Shown piece by piece: positions 1 to 6,218 of a DNA stretch of 6,866 bases. The notes under the pieces are model-generated. The model was not told the origin of the DNA, made no database searches, and saw nothing but the letters and a program-made list of their open reading frames with translations. The position numbers were made by a program, and so were the translations under genes. How positions within the stretch are numbered: position 1 is the first letter of the stretch; each line of letters begins with the position of its first letter. This stretch comes from a virus (lineage: Duplodnaviria > Heunggongvirae > Uroviricota > Caudoviricetes), in IMG/VR virus record IMGVR_UViG_2558860274_000009, positions 1-6,866 of that record; one strand, given 5' to 3'.

Positions 1-17
1 TTTTATTTCTTCATGCC

Positions 18-41
18 AAAAGGGAGTAATCTCCCTTTTTT
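18..41 (+). terminator. Rho-independent terminator-like hairpin upstream of yfaA
   Basis: AAAA / GGGAG (22-26) - loop TAAT - CTCCC (31-35) followed by TTTTTT (36-41). Likely terminates the upstream gene (gyrA in the K-12 gene order, if this locus is syntenic). Confidence 0.45.
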
Positions 42-148
42 GAATTGAAAAGTCCAGGCTGCAAAGTCTGGGCTTTTGTTGTATTAAGGCGCGAGAAAAT
101 TTTGCATCGCCCGTAAAAAATGGCTGGCTTTACACAAGGAATGTGGCA

Positions 149-1846
149 ATGAGTGGTGAAAAAAGGGCGAAAGGCTGGCGGTTTTATGGTCTTGTAGGTT
201 TTGGCGCAATAGCACTGCTTTCCGCGGGTGTCTGGGCATTGCAATATGCTGGCAGTGGGCCAGAAAAAACGTTGTCGCCTCTGGTGGTGCACAACAATCT
301 GCAAATCGATCTCAATGAGCCGGACCTCTTTCTCGACAGCGATTCGTTAAGCCAGCTTCCCAAAGACCTCCTCACAATTCCTTTTCTGCGCGATGTTCTA
401 AGTGAAGATTTTGTTTTTTATTATCAGAACCATGCTGACCGTCTGGGGATTGAAGGTAGTATTCGGCGCATTGTGTATGAACATGATTTAACGCTGAAAG
501 ATAAGCTCTTTTCTTCATTGTTAGACCAGCCAGCGCAAGCGGCGCTGTGGCACGACAAACAAGGCCATCTCTCGCATTATATCGTGCTGATTCAACGCAG
601 TGGTTTGAGTAAGTTATTGGAGCCGTTACTGTTTGCCGCCACCAGCGACAGCCAGTTAAGTAAGACGGAGATCAGTAGCATTACGATTAATAATGAAACC
701 ATACCTGTTTATCAACTGCGCTATAACGGCAATAACTCACTGCTGTTTACCCGTTATCAGGACAAGATGCTGGTTTTTTCCAGCACAGATATGTTGTTTA
801 AAGGCGACCAGCAGGATACCGAAGCCACGGCGATCGCGAGTGATTTGTTGAGCGGGAAAAAACACTGGGAGGCCAGCTTTGGCCTGGAAGACCGTTTACA
901 ATCCTCCGCTGAAAAAACACTTGTTCGCCAGCGTATCGTGGTTAGCGCTAATTTGCTGGGTTTAGGTTACCAGCGGTTAATTCCTTCTTTTGCTGGCGTG
1001 CGCTTTGAAATGAGCAATGATGGCTGGCGCAGCTTTCTGGCGTTGAATGATGAATCCGCCAGTGTCGATGCCAGTTTTGATTTCACTCCGGTATGGCGCA
1101 GTATGCCTGCTGGTGCCAGCTTCTGCGTGGCGCTGCCTTATTCGCACGGTATTGCCGAAGAGATGCTCTCGCATATCAGCCAGGAAAACGACAAATTGAG
1201 CGGGATGTTGGACGGTGCTGCCGGGCTATGCTGGTATGAAGATTCCAGGTTGCAAACCCCCCTGTTTGTTGGCCAATTTGATGGCGCTGCCGAGCAAGCG
1301 CAACTGCCAGGGAAGCTGTTTACACAAACAATCGGGGCCCTCGAGAGCAAAGCACCTGAAGGTGTGTTGCCGGTAACGCAAACACAACAGGGCGACGCGC
1401 AAATCTGGCGGCGTGAAGTCAGCTCCCGTTATGGTCAGTATCCCGCAGCCCAGGCGGCGAAACCAGAACAACTGATGTCCGATTATTTTTTCCGCGTCTC
1501 GCTGGCGATGCAGAACAAGACGCTGATTTTCTCCCTTGACGACACGCTGGTCAATAACGCGCTGCAAACGCTGAACAAAACGCGCCCGGCAATGGTGGAT
1601 GTAATACCGGCTGATGGCGTCATTCCGGTCTATATCAATCCACAAGGGGTGGCAAAATTACTGCGTAATGAAACATTGGCCAGCTTGCCAAAAAACCTTG
1701 AGCCTGTTTTTTATAACGCAGCGCAGACTTTATTAATGCCGAAGCTGGACGCTTTATCGCAACAACCCCGTTATGCAATGAAACTGGTCAAGATGGAGCC
1801 CGGGGCTGCCTGGCAGTGGTTGCCTGTTAGCTGGCAACCATTATGA
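149..1846 (+). CDS. yfaA: YfaA-like protein (DUF2138 family), member of the yfaS alpha-2-macroglobulin operon
   Basis: Long ORF (track 143..1846, GTG at 143). ATG at 149 is preferred because AAGGA at 135-139 gives a 9-nt spacer. N-terminal hydrophobic segment [25 protein letters not shown] suggests a signal anchor. Protein recognised from memory as E. coli YfaA; gene order yfaA then yfaT matches the K-12 locus. Confidence 0.85.
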   Translation: MSGEKRAKGWRFYGLVGFGAIALLSAGVWALQYAGSGPEKTLSPLVVHNNLQIDLNEPDLFLDSDSLSQLPKDLLTIPFLRDVLSEDFVFYYQNHADRLGIEGSIRRIVYEHDLTLKDKLFSSLLDQPAQAALWHDKQGHLSHYIVLIQRSGLSKLLEPLLFAATSDSQLSKTEISSITINNETIPVYQLRYNGNNSLLFTRYQDKMLVFSSTDMLFKGDQQDTEATAIASDLLSGKKHWEASFGLEDRLQSSAEKTLVRQRIVVSANLLGLGYQRLIPSFAGVRFEMSNDGWRSFLALNDESASVDASFDFTPVWRSMPAGASFCVALPYSHGIAEEMLSHISQENDKLSGMLDGAAGLCWYEDSRLQTPLFVGQFDGAAEQAQLPGKLFTQTIGALESKAPEGVLPVTQTQQGDAQIWRREVSSRYGQYPAAQAAKPEQLMSDYFFRVSLAMQNKTLIFSLDDTLVNNALQTLNKTRPAMVDVIPADGVIPVYINPQGVAKLLRNETLASLPKNLEPVFYNAAQTLLMPKLDALSQQPRYAMKLVKMEPGAAWQWLPVSWQPL

Positions 1847-2469
1847 GGCGCGTGTTGTCGGCGCTGATTTGCTGGCTGTTTTGTTTTTTCGCCCATAGCG
1901 AAATGCTGGATGTCGAACAATCGGGACTATTTCGTGCCTGGTTTGTGCGCATTGCCCAGGAACAACTTCGTCAGGGGCCAAGCCCACGTTGGTATCAGCA
2001 GGATTGCGCGGGTCTGGTGCGCTTTGCGGCAAACGAGGCGTTGAAAGTTCATGACAGTAAATGGCTAAAAAATAACAGCATATCTAACCAATATCTGCCG
2101 CCGGAGATGGCGCTAACACCTGAACAGCGGCAATTGGCACAAAACTGGAGCCAGGGGAATGGGAAAACTGGCCCCTATGTGACCGCAATTAATTTGATTC
2201 AGTACAACAGCCATTTTATTGGCCAGGACATAAACCAGGCGTTGCCTGGCGATATGATTTTTTTCGATCAGGGCGATGACCAGCACTTAATGGTATGGAT
2301 GGGACGTTACATCATCTACCACACCGGAAGCGCCACAAAAACTGACAACGGAATGCGCGCAGTCAGTCTGCAACAACTTATGACATGGAAGTTGTATATT
2401 AAAAATTTCATTAATTATCAATATGTTAATGTGCGCTGGTCATTATTAATCAAAATAAAACCATTATGA
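1843..2469 (+). CDS. yfaT: YfaT-like protein (DUF1175 family); 3' end appears to be encoded by prophage arm DNA
   Basis: 208-codon ORF. ATG at 1843 overlaps the yfaA stop (ATGA), indicating translational coupling. N-terminus [19 protein letters not shown] looks like a signal peptide. Composition switches to AT-rich at about 2378, so the last ~28 codons lie in the phage attachment arm. Confidence 0.7.
   Translation: MRRVLSALICWLFCFFAHSEMLDVEQSGLFRAWFVRIAQEQLRQGPSPRWYQQDCAGLVRFAANEALKVHDSKWLKNNSISNQYLPPEMALTPEQRQLAQNWSQGNGKTGPYVTAINLIQYNSHFIGQDINQALPGDMIFFDQGDDQHLMVWMGRYIIYHTGSATKTDNGMRAVSLQQLMTWKLYIKNFINYQYVNVRWSLLIKIKPL
2376..2463. other. attL: attL-like region: candidate core (about 2376-2390) plus phage P' arm with arm-type Int-binding-like motifs
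   Basis: Region 2391-2446 aligns by eye with the lambda P' arm (lambda GTTGGCATTATAAAAAAGCATTGCTTATCAATTTGTTGCAACGAACAGGTCACTAT versus window gttgtatattaaaaatttcattaattatcaatatgttaatgtgcgctggtcattat). Arm-type-like GGTCATTAT and AACCATTAT precede the int stop, as in lambda. The 15 bp at the core position (acttatgacatggaa) differ from the lambda core. Sharp GC to AT switch at about 2378. Confidence 0.5.
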
Positions 2470-3534
2470 TATTTCAATTTTGTCCCACTCCCGCCCGCGA
2501 CTGTCCCTGTAACGCGCCGCCATTGAATCTGATTTATGCCCGAGAAGACGTTGAGCAAACTTATCGCCAATCTGATTCCGGTATAGCCTCGCCGACAGGC
2601 TGCGCAGTTCATGGAATGTTGGCGGGTCTCCATCAAATGAGAGTCCAGATGCATTTCTCGCCTTTGTAAAATACTTAGATACTGTTTTCGGGGAAAGCGG
2701 TTCGTGATGCGTTGATGCAATTATTGTTTCACTGCCGCTGGCCTCCCTGCATTTCTGTAGTGTATCAGCCAATGAGATATTGAGCGCGTCAATCGTTAGC
2801 GTCAGCGGAATGGCGAGCTTAGCCCCTGTTTTACCCTGCTCAATGTGAAGATGGTTGTCGTTTATGTCTGACCATTTCATTCTGCATAAATCGCCTACTC
2901 TCTGCCCTGTAACGACAGCCAAATCCATTGCCAGCCTCAGCCAGATTGGGAGCGGTTCGGCTGCATGGTAAATCGCGACATATTCATTAGCTGTCAGTCT
3001 TGAACGCCTTACTTCTGATTTTTCTGTGCGGGTTGCTGTTACCGGATTCGTAGCCACATGCCCCTCGGCTATTGCCTCACGAAAAACGTCAACAAGGGTT
3101 GACCTGATTAATTTTGCGGAAGCCGCTTTACCTTCTGCTACGTAGGTGTTTAGCATTGCTGCCACCTCTTTCGTTGATATGTCAGCGAGCGGTTTGTCCG
3201 GCAATTTTCTTCGGATTGCCCTGATTTTGCTGGCGTAGTCGAGTAGAGTTTTCGGCCTGATACCCCTCTCGCTGAGGATTGTTTCATATCGGTCAAGCCA
3301 CGCATGAAGAGTGATTGCGTCAGCGCCTTTAATTCTGTCTATCAGTGACTCACGCCTGTTCCCGGATAGCAACTCAATATTGGCCTGTATTGCTTCAGTG
3401 ATTGCTATCCTCCTGTCTCGGCCTAATCCGAACTCTTTACCCGTCCTTGGGTCCCTGTAGCAGTAATATCCATTGTTTCTTATATAAAGGTTAGGGGGTA
3501 AATCCCGGCGCTCATGACTTCGCCTTCTTCCCAT
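2464..3534 (-). CDS. int: Lambda-family tyrosine integrase
   Basis: 356 aa. First ~55 aa ([55 protein letters not shown]) match lambda Int arm-binding domain as recalled; the rest is diverged but retains the catalytic signature ([24 protein letters not shown] with the terminal Tyr) and the C-terminal REWDKIEI. Overlaps xis by 23 bp as in lambda. Confidence 0.95.
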   Translation of the reverse strand: MGRRRSHERRDLPPNLYIRNNGYYCYRDPRTGKEFGLGRDRRIAITEAIQANIELLSGNRRESLIDRIKGADAITLHAWLDRYETILSERGIRPKTLLDYASKIRAIRRKLPDKPLADISTKEVAAMLNTYVAEGKAASAKLIRSTLVDVFREAIAEGHVATNPVTATRTEKSEVRRSRLTANEYVAIYHAAEPLPIWLRLAMDLAVVTGQRVGDLCRMKWSDINDNHLHIEQGKTGAKLAIPLTLTIDALNISLADTLQKCREASGSETIIASTHHEPLSPKTVSKYFTKARNASGLSFDGDPPTFHELRSLSARLYRNQIGDKFAQRLLGHKSDSMAARYRDSRGREWDKIEIS

Positions 3535-3730
3535 TTCTGATCCTCTTCAAAAGGCTACTTGTTACTGGTCGATTTAAGTCAACCTTTACCGCTGATTCGT
3601 GGAACAGATACTCTCTTCCATCCTTAACCGGAGGAGGGAATATCCTGCATTCGCGCACCCATCGACGAACTGTTTCAAGGCTTCTTGGGCGTCGCTGGCG
3701 TGCATTCCACTCCTGAAGTGTCAAGTACAT
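3512..3730 (-). CDS. xis: Excisionase Xis (near-identical to phage lambda Xis)
   Basis: 72 aa, [70 protein letters not shown]; matches lambda Xis from memory except about 2 residues. Sits directly upstream of and overlapping int. Confidence 0.95.
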   Translation of the reverse strand: MYLTLQEWNARQRRPRSLETVRRWVRECRIFPPPVKDGREYLFHESAVKVDLNRPVTSSLLKRIRNGKKAKS

Positions 3731-3750
3731 CGCAAAGTCTCCGCAATTAC

Positions 3751-3776
3751 ACGCAAGAAAAGCCGCATTGATGCGG
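3751..3776 (-). terminator. Hairpin plus T-tract on the minus strand just upstream of xis
   Basis: Perfect 7-bp stem GCCGCAT / loop TG / ATGCGGC (3761-3776). On the minus strand it is followed by TTTTCTTG. Lambda has a hairpin at the equivalent position as recalled. Confidence 0.3.
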
Positions 3777-3953
3777 CAATGGTAGGTCTGGATATCTTGA
3801 GAAATGAACAGGCCTCATTGAGTGTGAGGCTGTGGTTAGTCCTTGCGTAGCTCGCTAATTCTTCTGTAAGTCTCTGGTGCTTTGTTTCCGTGTATCTTCA
3901 TTTCAGACTTCAACAGAGCGACGAGGGAATCCCATTCGTTGAGGATGCCTTTG

Positions 3954-4088
3954 AATAACCTGGTTGCCCAGGGCAATGTTCTGCCTGTTCTGTACGGTGA
4001 ACTGCGCGTGGGGTCACGTGTGGTCTCTCAGGAGATCAGCACGGCAGATGAAGGGGATGGTGGTCAGGTTGTGGTTATTGGTCGCTGA
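3954..4088 (+). pseudogene. I: 3' fragment (last ~45 codons) of tail assembly protein gene I
   Basis: Translation NNLVAQGNVLPVLYGELRVGSRVVSQEISTADEGDGGQVVVIGR* matches the C-terminus of lambda gpI as recalled. The upstream part of track ORF 3882..4088 (MFPCIFISDFNRATRESHSLRMPL) has no I-like character, so this is a truncated remnant. Confidence 0.65.
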
Positions 4089-4089
4089 T

Positions 4090-4115
4090 AATCACCGCCA
4101 GCTATGACGGTGATT
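4090..4115. terminator. Inverted repeat between the convergent I fragment and sodC (possible bidirectional terminator)
   Basis: AATCACCG (4090-4097) ... CGGTGATT (4108-4115), 8-bp stem with 10-nt loop, immediately after the I stop and 15 bp past the sodC stop. No strong T-tract. Confidence 0.3.
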
Positions 4116-4130
4116 GCTTTAGGCTGTTTG

Positions 4131-4652
4131 TTATTTAATTATTCCGCATGCCAGTCTTGCGCCCCCACCCCCCAGAGGAGCAGGTGAATCGGAATGATTA
4201 TCCCCTCCGGCATGAATCATGATCGCCCGTTCTTTTATCTGGCTTATTTTTTTTATTTTTGGACTCAGAACCGGGTTTTCTGCATTTCCTTCTGAGTTGA
4301 CATAGAGTGCTGGTAGATCACCCAGATGGCCCTCCGGATTGTACGGCCCAAGATGTTTATTTGTTTGTTCAGGATCATAATGCCCACCGGCAGCAAGAGC
4401 TGGCACTTTTTTTCCATTAATCAGACCGGGATCACAACTGGCATTTTCATGGATATGAAAGCCATGTAACCCTGGTGGCAGTTCTTTCAGATGAGGAGTG
4501 AACAGCAATCCGTAGCTGGTTTCTGAAATAGTTATTTCCCCTATATTTTTCCCTACTCCTTCTGAGGAAACGAGATTTACAGGGATCGTCATTGTATCAG
4601 CCATTACGGCTCCACTAAGTAGCGCAGTTACAGCAAGTATTTTTTTTATCAT
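4131..4652 (-). CDS. sodC: Periplasmic Cu,Zn superoxide dismutase, prophage-borne (moron)
   Basis: 173 aa. Signal peptide MIKKILAVTALLSGAVMA. Cu,Zn-SOD motifs HGFHIHE, GGHYDP, GHLGDLP, HAGGDNHSD and C-terminal GGGGARLACGIIK. Opposite orientation to the flanking tail genes. Confidence 0.9.
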   Translation of the reverse strand: MIKKILAVTALLSGAVMADTMTIPVNLVSSEGVGKNIGEITISETSYGLLFTPHLKELPPGLHGFHIHENASCDPGLINGKKVPALAAGGHYDPEQTNKHLGPYNPEGHLGDLPALYVNSEGNAENPVLSPKIKKISQIKERAIMIHAGGDNHSDSPAPLGGGGARLACGIIK

Positions 4653-4785
4653 AAATACCCCGTCATTTCGTGTTGTTAATCAAGGTGATTTAAGTTTTAA
4701 CAAATGAAATACAACAGATGCATTTTTGTTGCAAGCGGTCGTTATATGGTTCGCATAAAATTGATTACTGTTTCGGGAATTATCT

Positions 4786-5162
4786 ATGGGTAAAGGTGGC
4801 AGTAAGGGGCATACCCCGCGCGAAGCGAAGGACAACCTGAAATCATCCCAGATGCTGAGCGTGATAGACGCCATCAGTGAAGGGCCGATTGAAGGTCCGG
4901 TGGACGGATTAAAAAGTGTGCTGCTGAACAGTACGCCAGTGCTGGACAGTGAGGGGAATACCAATATCTCCGGTGTCACGGTGGTGTTCCGGGCAGGTGA
5001 GCAGGAGCAGACACCGCCGGAGGGATTTGAATCCTCCGGCTCCGAGACGGTGCTGGGTACGGAAGTGAAGTACGACACACCGATTACCCGGACCATCACG
5101 TCGGCAAACATCGACCGTCTGCGCTTTACCTTCGGTGTTCAGGCACTGGTGGAAACCGAATC
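4786..5162 (+). pseudogene. J: 5' fragment (~125 codons) of tail tip / host specificity gene J, joined out of frame to collagen-like sequence
   Basis: [124 protein letters not shown] matches the lambda gpJ N-terminus as recalled. After about 5162 the same frame gives Arg/Pro/Gly-rich out-of-frame text to a stop at 5361. Full J is about 1130 aa. Confidence 0.75.
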
Positions 5163-5168
5163 CCCACC

Positions 5169-5738
5169 GTGGAGGGACCTCCCGGGCCAAAGGGGGAACA
5201 GGGGCCCGCTGGCCCTCAGGGGCCGAAGGGTGATAAGGGAGAGCGTGGTGACACCGGTCCTGTCGGGGCAACCGGCGAACGGGGACCGAGAGGAGATACA
5301 GGTCCGGCAGGCCCGCAGGGGTCGAAAGGCGACAGGGGGGAACGGGGAGAGACCGGTCTGACGGGAAGTACAGGTCCACAGGGGCCAAAGGGAGATACTG
5401 GTGCAGCAGGCCCGGCAGGCCCACAGGGACCGAAAGGCGAAACAGGAGCGGCAGGTCCGGTGGGGGCTACCGGACCTCAGGGGCCGAAGGGAGACCCGGG
5501 CGAGACACAAATCCGTTTTCGTCTGGGGCCGATGAGCATTATTGAGACAAACAGCTATGGCTGGTTCCCGGATACAGATGGTGCGCTCATCACCGGACTG
5601 ACCTTTCTTGACCCCAAAGATGCCACACAGGTTCAGGGGATGTTTCAGCATTTGCAGGTCAGGTTTGGTGACGGGCCGTGGCAGGATGTTAAGGGGCTGG
5701 ATGAAGTGGGCAGTGATACAGGCAGAACAGGAGAATGA
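5169..5738 (+). CDS. Collagen-like phage tail fibre protein, 5'-truncated (collagen triple-helix repeats plus C-terminal globular domain)
   Basis: This frame is open from 5031 with no ATG; the track start is GTG at 5169 and has no Shine-Dalgarno. 36 uninterrupted Gly-X-Y triplets (5175-5498), then a non-repetitive C-terminal domain ([77 protein letters not shown]). Typical of collagen-like side tail fibre proteins of EHEC prophages. Probably a remnant rather than an expressed gene. Confidence 0.6.
   Translation: MEGPPGPKGEQGPAGPQGPKGDKGERGDTGPVGATGERGPRGDTGPAGPQGSKGDRGERGETGLTGSTGPQGPKGDTGAAGPAGPQGPKGETGAAGPVGATGPQGPKGDPGETQIRFRLGPMSIIETNSYGWFPDTDGALITGLTFLDPKDATQVQGMFQHLQVRFGDGPWQDVKGLDEVGSDTGRTGE
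5175..5504 (+). repeat. Collagen-like Gly-X-Y coding repeat (36 consecutive triplets), GC-rich
   Basis: Direct reading of frame 3: [108 protein letters not shown], then GE. Confidence 0.9.
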
Positions 5739-5739
5739 C

Positions 5740-6009
5740 ATGAATATACTAAAAAAACTTATGCAGTGTCTGTGTGGTTGCGGAAAGCATGATGGCCGTG
5801 AACACGTGCAGTCGCCTACAGCACAGCTGCGACTGGGACCGGCAGACATTCTGGAGTCCGATGAGAATGGCATTATCCCGGAGCAGGCCAGGGTAATCAC
5901 GCAGGTGGTGATACTGGATGCGGATAAAAAGCAGATACAGTGCGTGGTAAGACCGCTGCAAATTCTGCGTGCTGACGGGACGTGGGAAAATATTGGCTGG
6001 ATGAAGTAA
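5740..6009 (+). CDS. Hypothetical small protein (89 aa) coupled to the tail-fibre gene
   Basis: ATG at 5740 preceded by AGGAG (5727-5731) and starting 1 nt after the tail-fibre stop (TGA 5736-5738). Sequence MNILKKLMQCLCGCGKHDG... has a Cys-rich N-terminus. Followed by a strong terminator. Track ORF 5608..6009 is the same frame with an upstream ATG that lies inside the tail-fibre gene and has no RBS. Confidence 0.55.
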   Translation: MNILKKLMQCLCGCGKHDGREHVQSPTAQLRLGPADILESDENGIIPEQARVITQVVILDADKKQIQCVVRPLQILRADGTWENIGWMK

Positions 6010-6025
6010 CCCGACAGCTTCACAA

Positions 6026-6050
6026 AACCGGAGTCTGGCTCCGGTTTTTT
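6026..6050 (+). terminator. Rho-independent terminator after the 89-aa ORF
   Basis: AAAA / CCGGAG (6028-6033) - loop TCTGG - CTCCGG (6039-6044) followed by TTTTTT (6045-6050). Confidence 0.65.
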
Positions 6051-6072
6051 GTTGTCATGTCATGGTGATGTT

Positions 6073-6087
6073 TGTTAATGAAGTTAA
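6073..6087 (+). repeat. Direct repeat copy 1 (TGTTAATGAAGTTAA) upstream of nleG
   Basis: Exact 15-bp match to 6191-6205, 118 bp apart, in the AT-rich region upstream of the effector gene. Confidence 0.7.
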
Positions 6088-6190
6088 ATTTATTTTGGCT
6101 TGATAATGGAGTCTTATCTTTTGCAAGACTGATAATGGTGTGTGAAAGCATTGTGATAAGTAAGATGCTTCAACAGGAAATCAAGTAAAA

Positions 6191-6205
6191 TGTTAATGAA
6201 GTTAA
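6191..6205 (+). repeat. Direct repeat copy 2 (TGTTAATGAAGTTAA), immediately upstream of the nleG ribosome-binding site
   Basis: Exact 15-bp match to 6073-6087; ends 13 bp before the nleG ATG. Confidence 0.7.
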
Positions 6206-6218
6206 TGGGGGTTTTATT

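Noticed and set aside
60-142. Specific sigma-70 promoter for yfaA (TTGCAT at 102-107, A-rich at 114-121)
   Set aside because: Spacing between candidate -35 and -10 hexamers does not fit well; not confident enough to annotate.
11-2032. Minus-strand ORFs 11..304, 184..375, 977..1174, 1138..1350, 1226..1645, 1841..2032 inside yfaA and yfaT
   Set aside because: Short, embedded antisense in a long, well-supported gene; Arg/Cys-rich products; no independent start signals.
2300-2470. tRNA gene at the integration site
   Set aside because: No cloverleaf-like sequence or conserved tRNA boxes; the junction lies within the 3' end of a protein-coding gene.
2418-2720. ORFs 2418..2720 (minus) and 2466..2669 (plus) overlapping the int 3' end
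   Set aside because: They overlap the integrase reading frame, whose product is unambiguous; alternative-frame or antisense artefacts.
3599-3850. Plus-strand 83-aa ORF overlapping xis
   Set aside because: Mostly antisense to the near-lambda xis; no RBS; the non-overlapping tail lies in the deletion-scar segment.
5150-5175. Programmed -1 ribosomal frameshift linking J' to the collagen frame
   Set aside because: No canonical slippery heptamer, and the frame change coincides exactly with the end of J similarity, which fits a recombination/deletion joint better.
4680-5424. Minus-strand ORFs 4680..5111 and 4909..5424 antisense to the J fragment and collagen region
   Set aside because: Antisense shadows of recognisable plus-strand coding sequence; low-complexity products.
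5139-6023. 294-aa minus-strand ORF antisense to the collagen-like gene and the 89-aa ORF
   Set aside because: Low-complexity Cys/Pro/Arg/Ser-rich translation, typical of the reverse strand of GC-rich Gly-X-Y repeats; no RBS; fully overlaps better-supported plus-strand genes.
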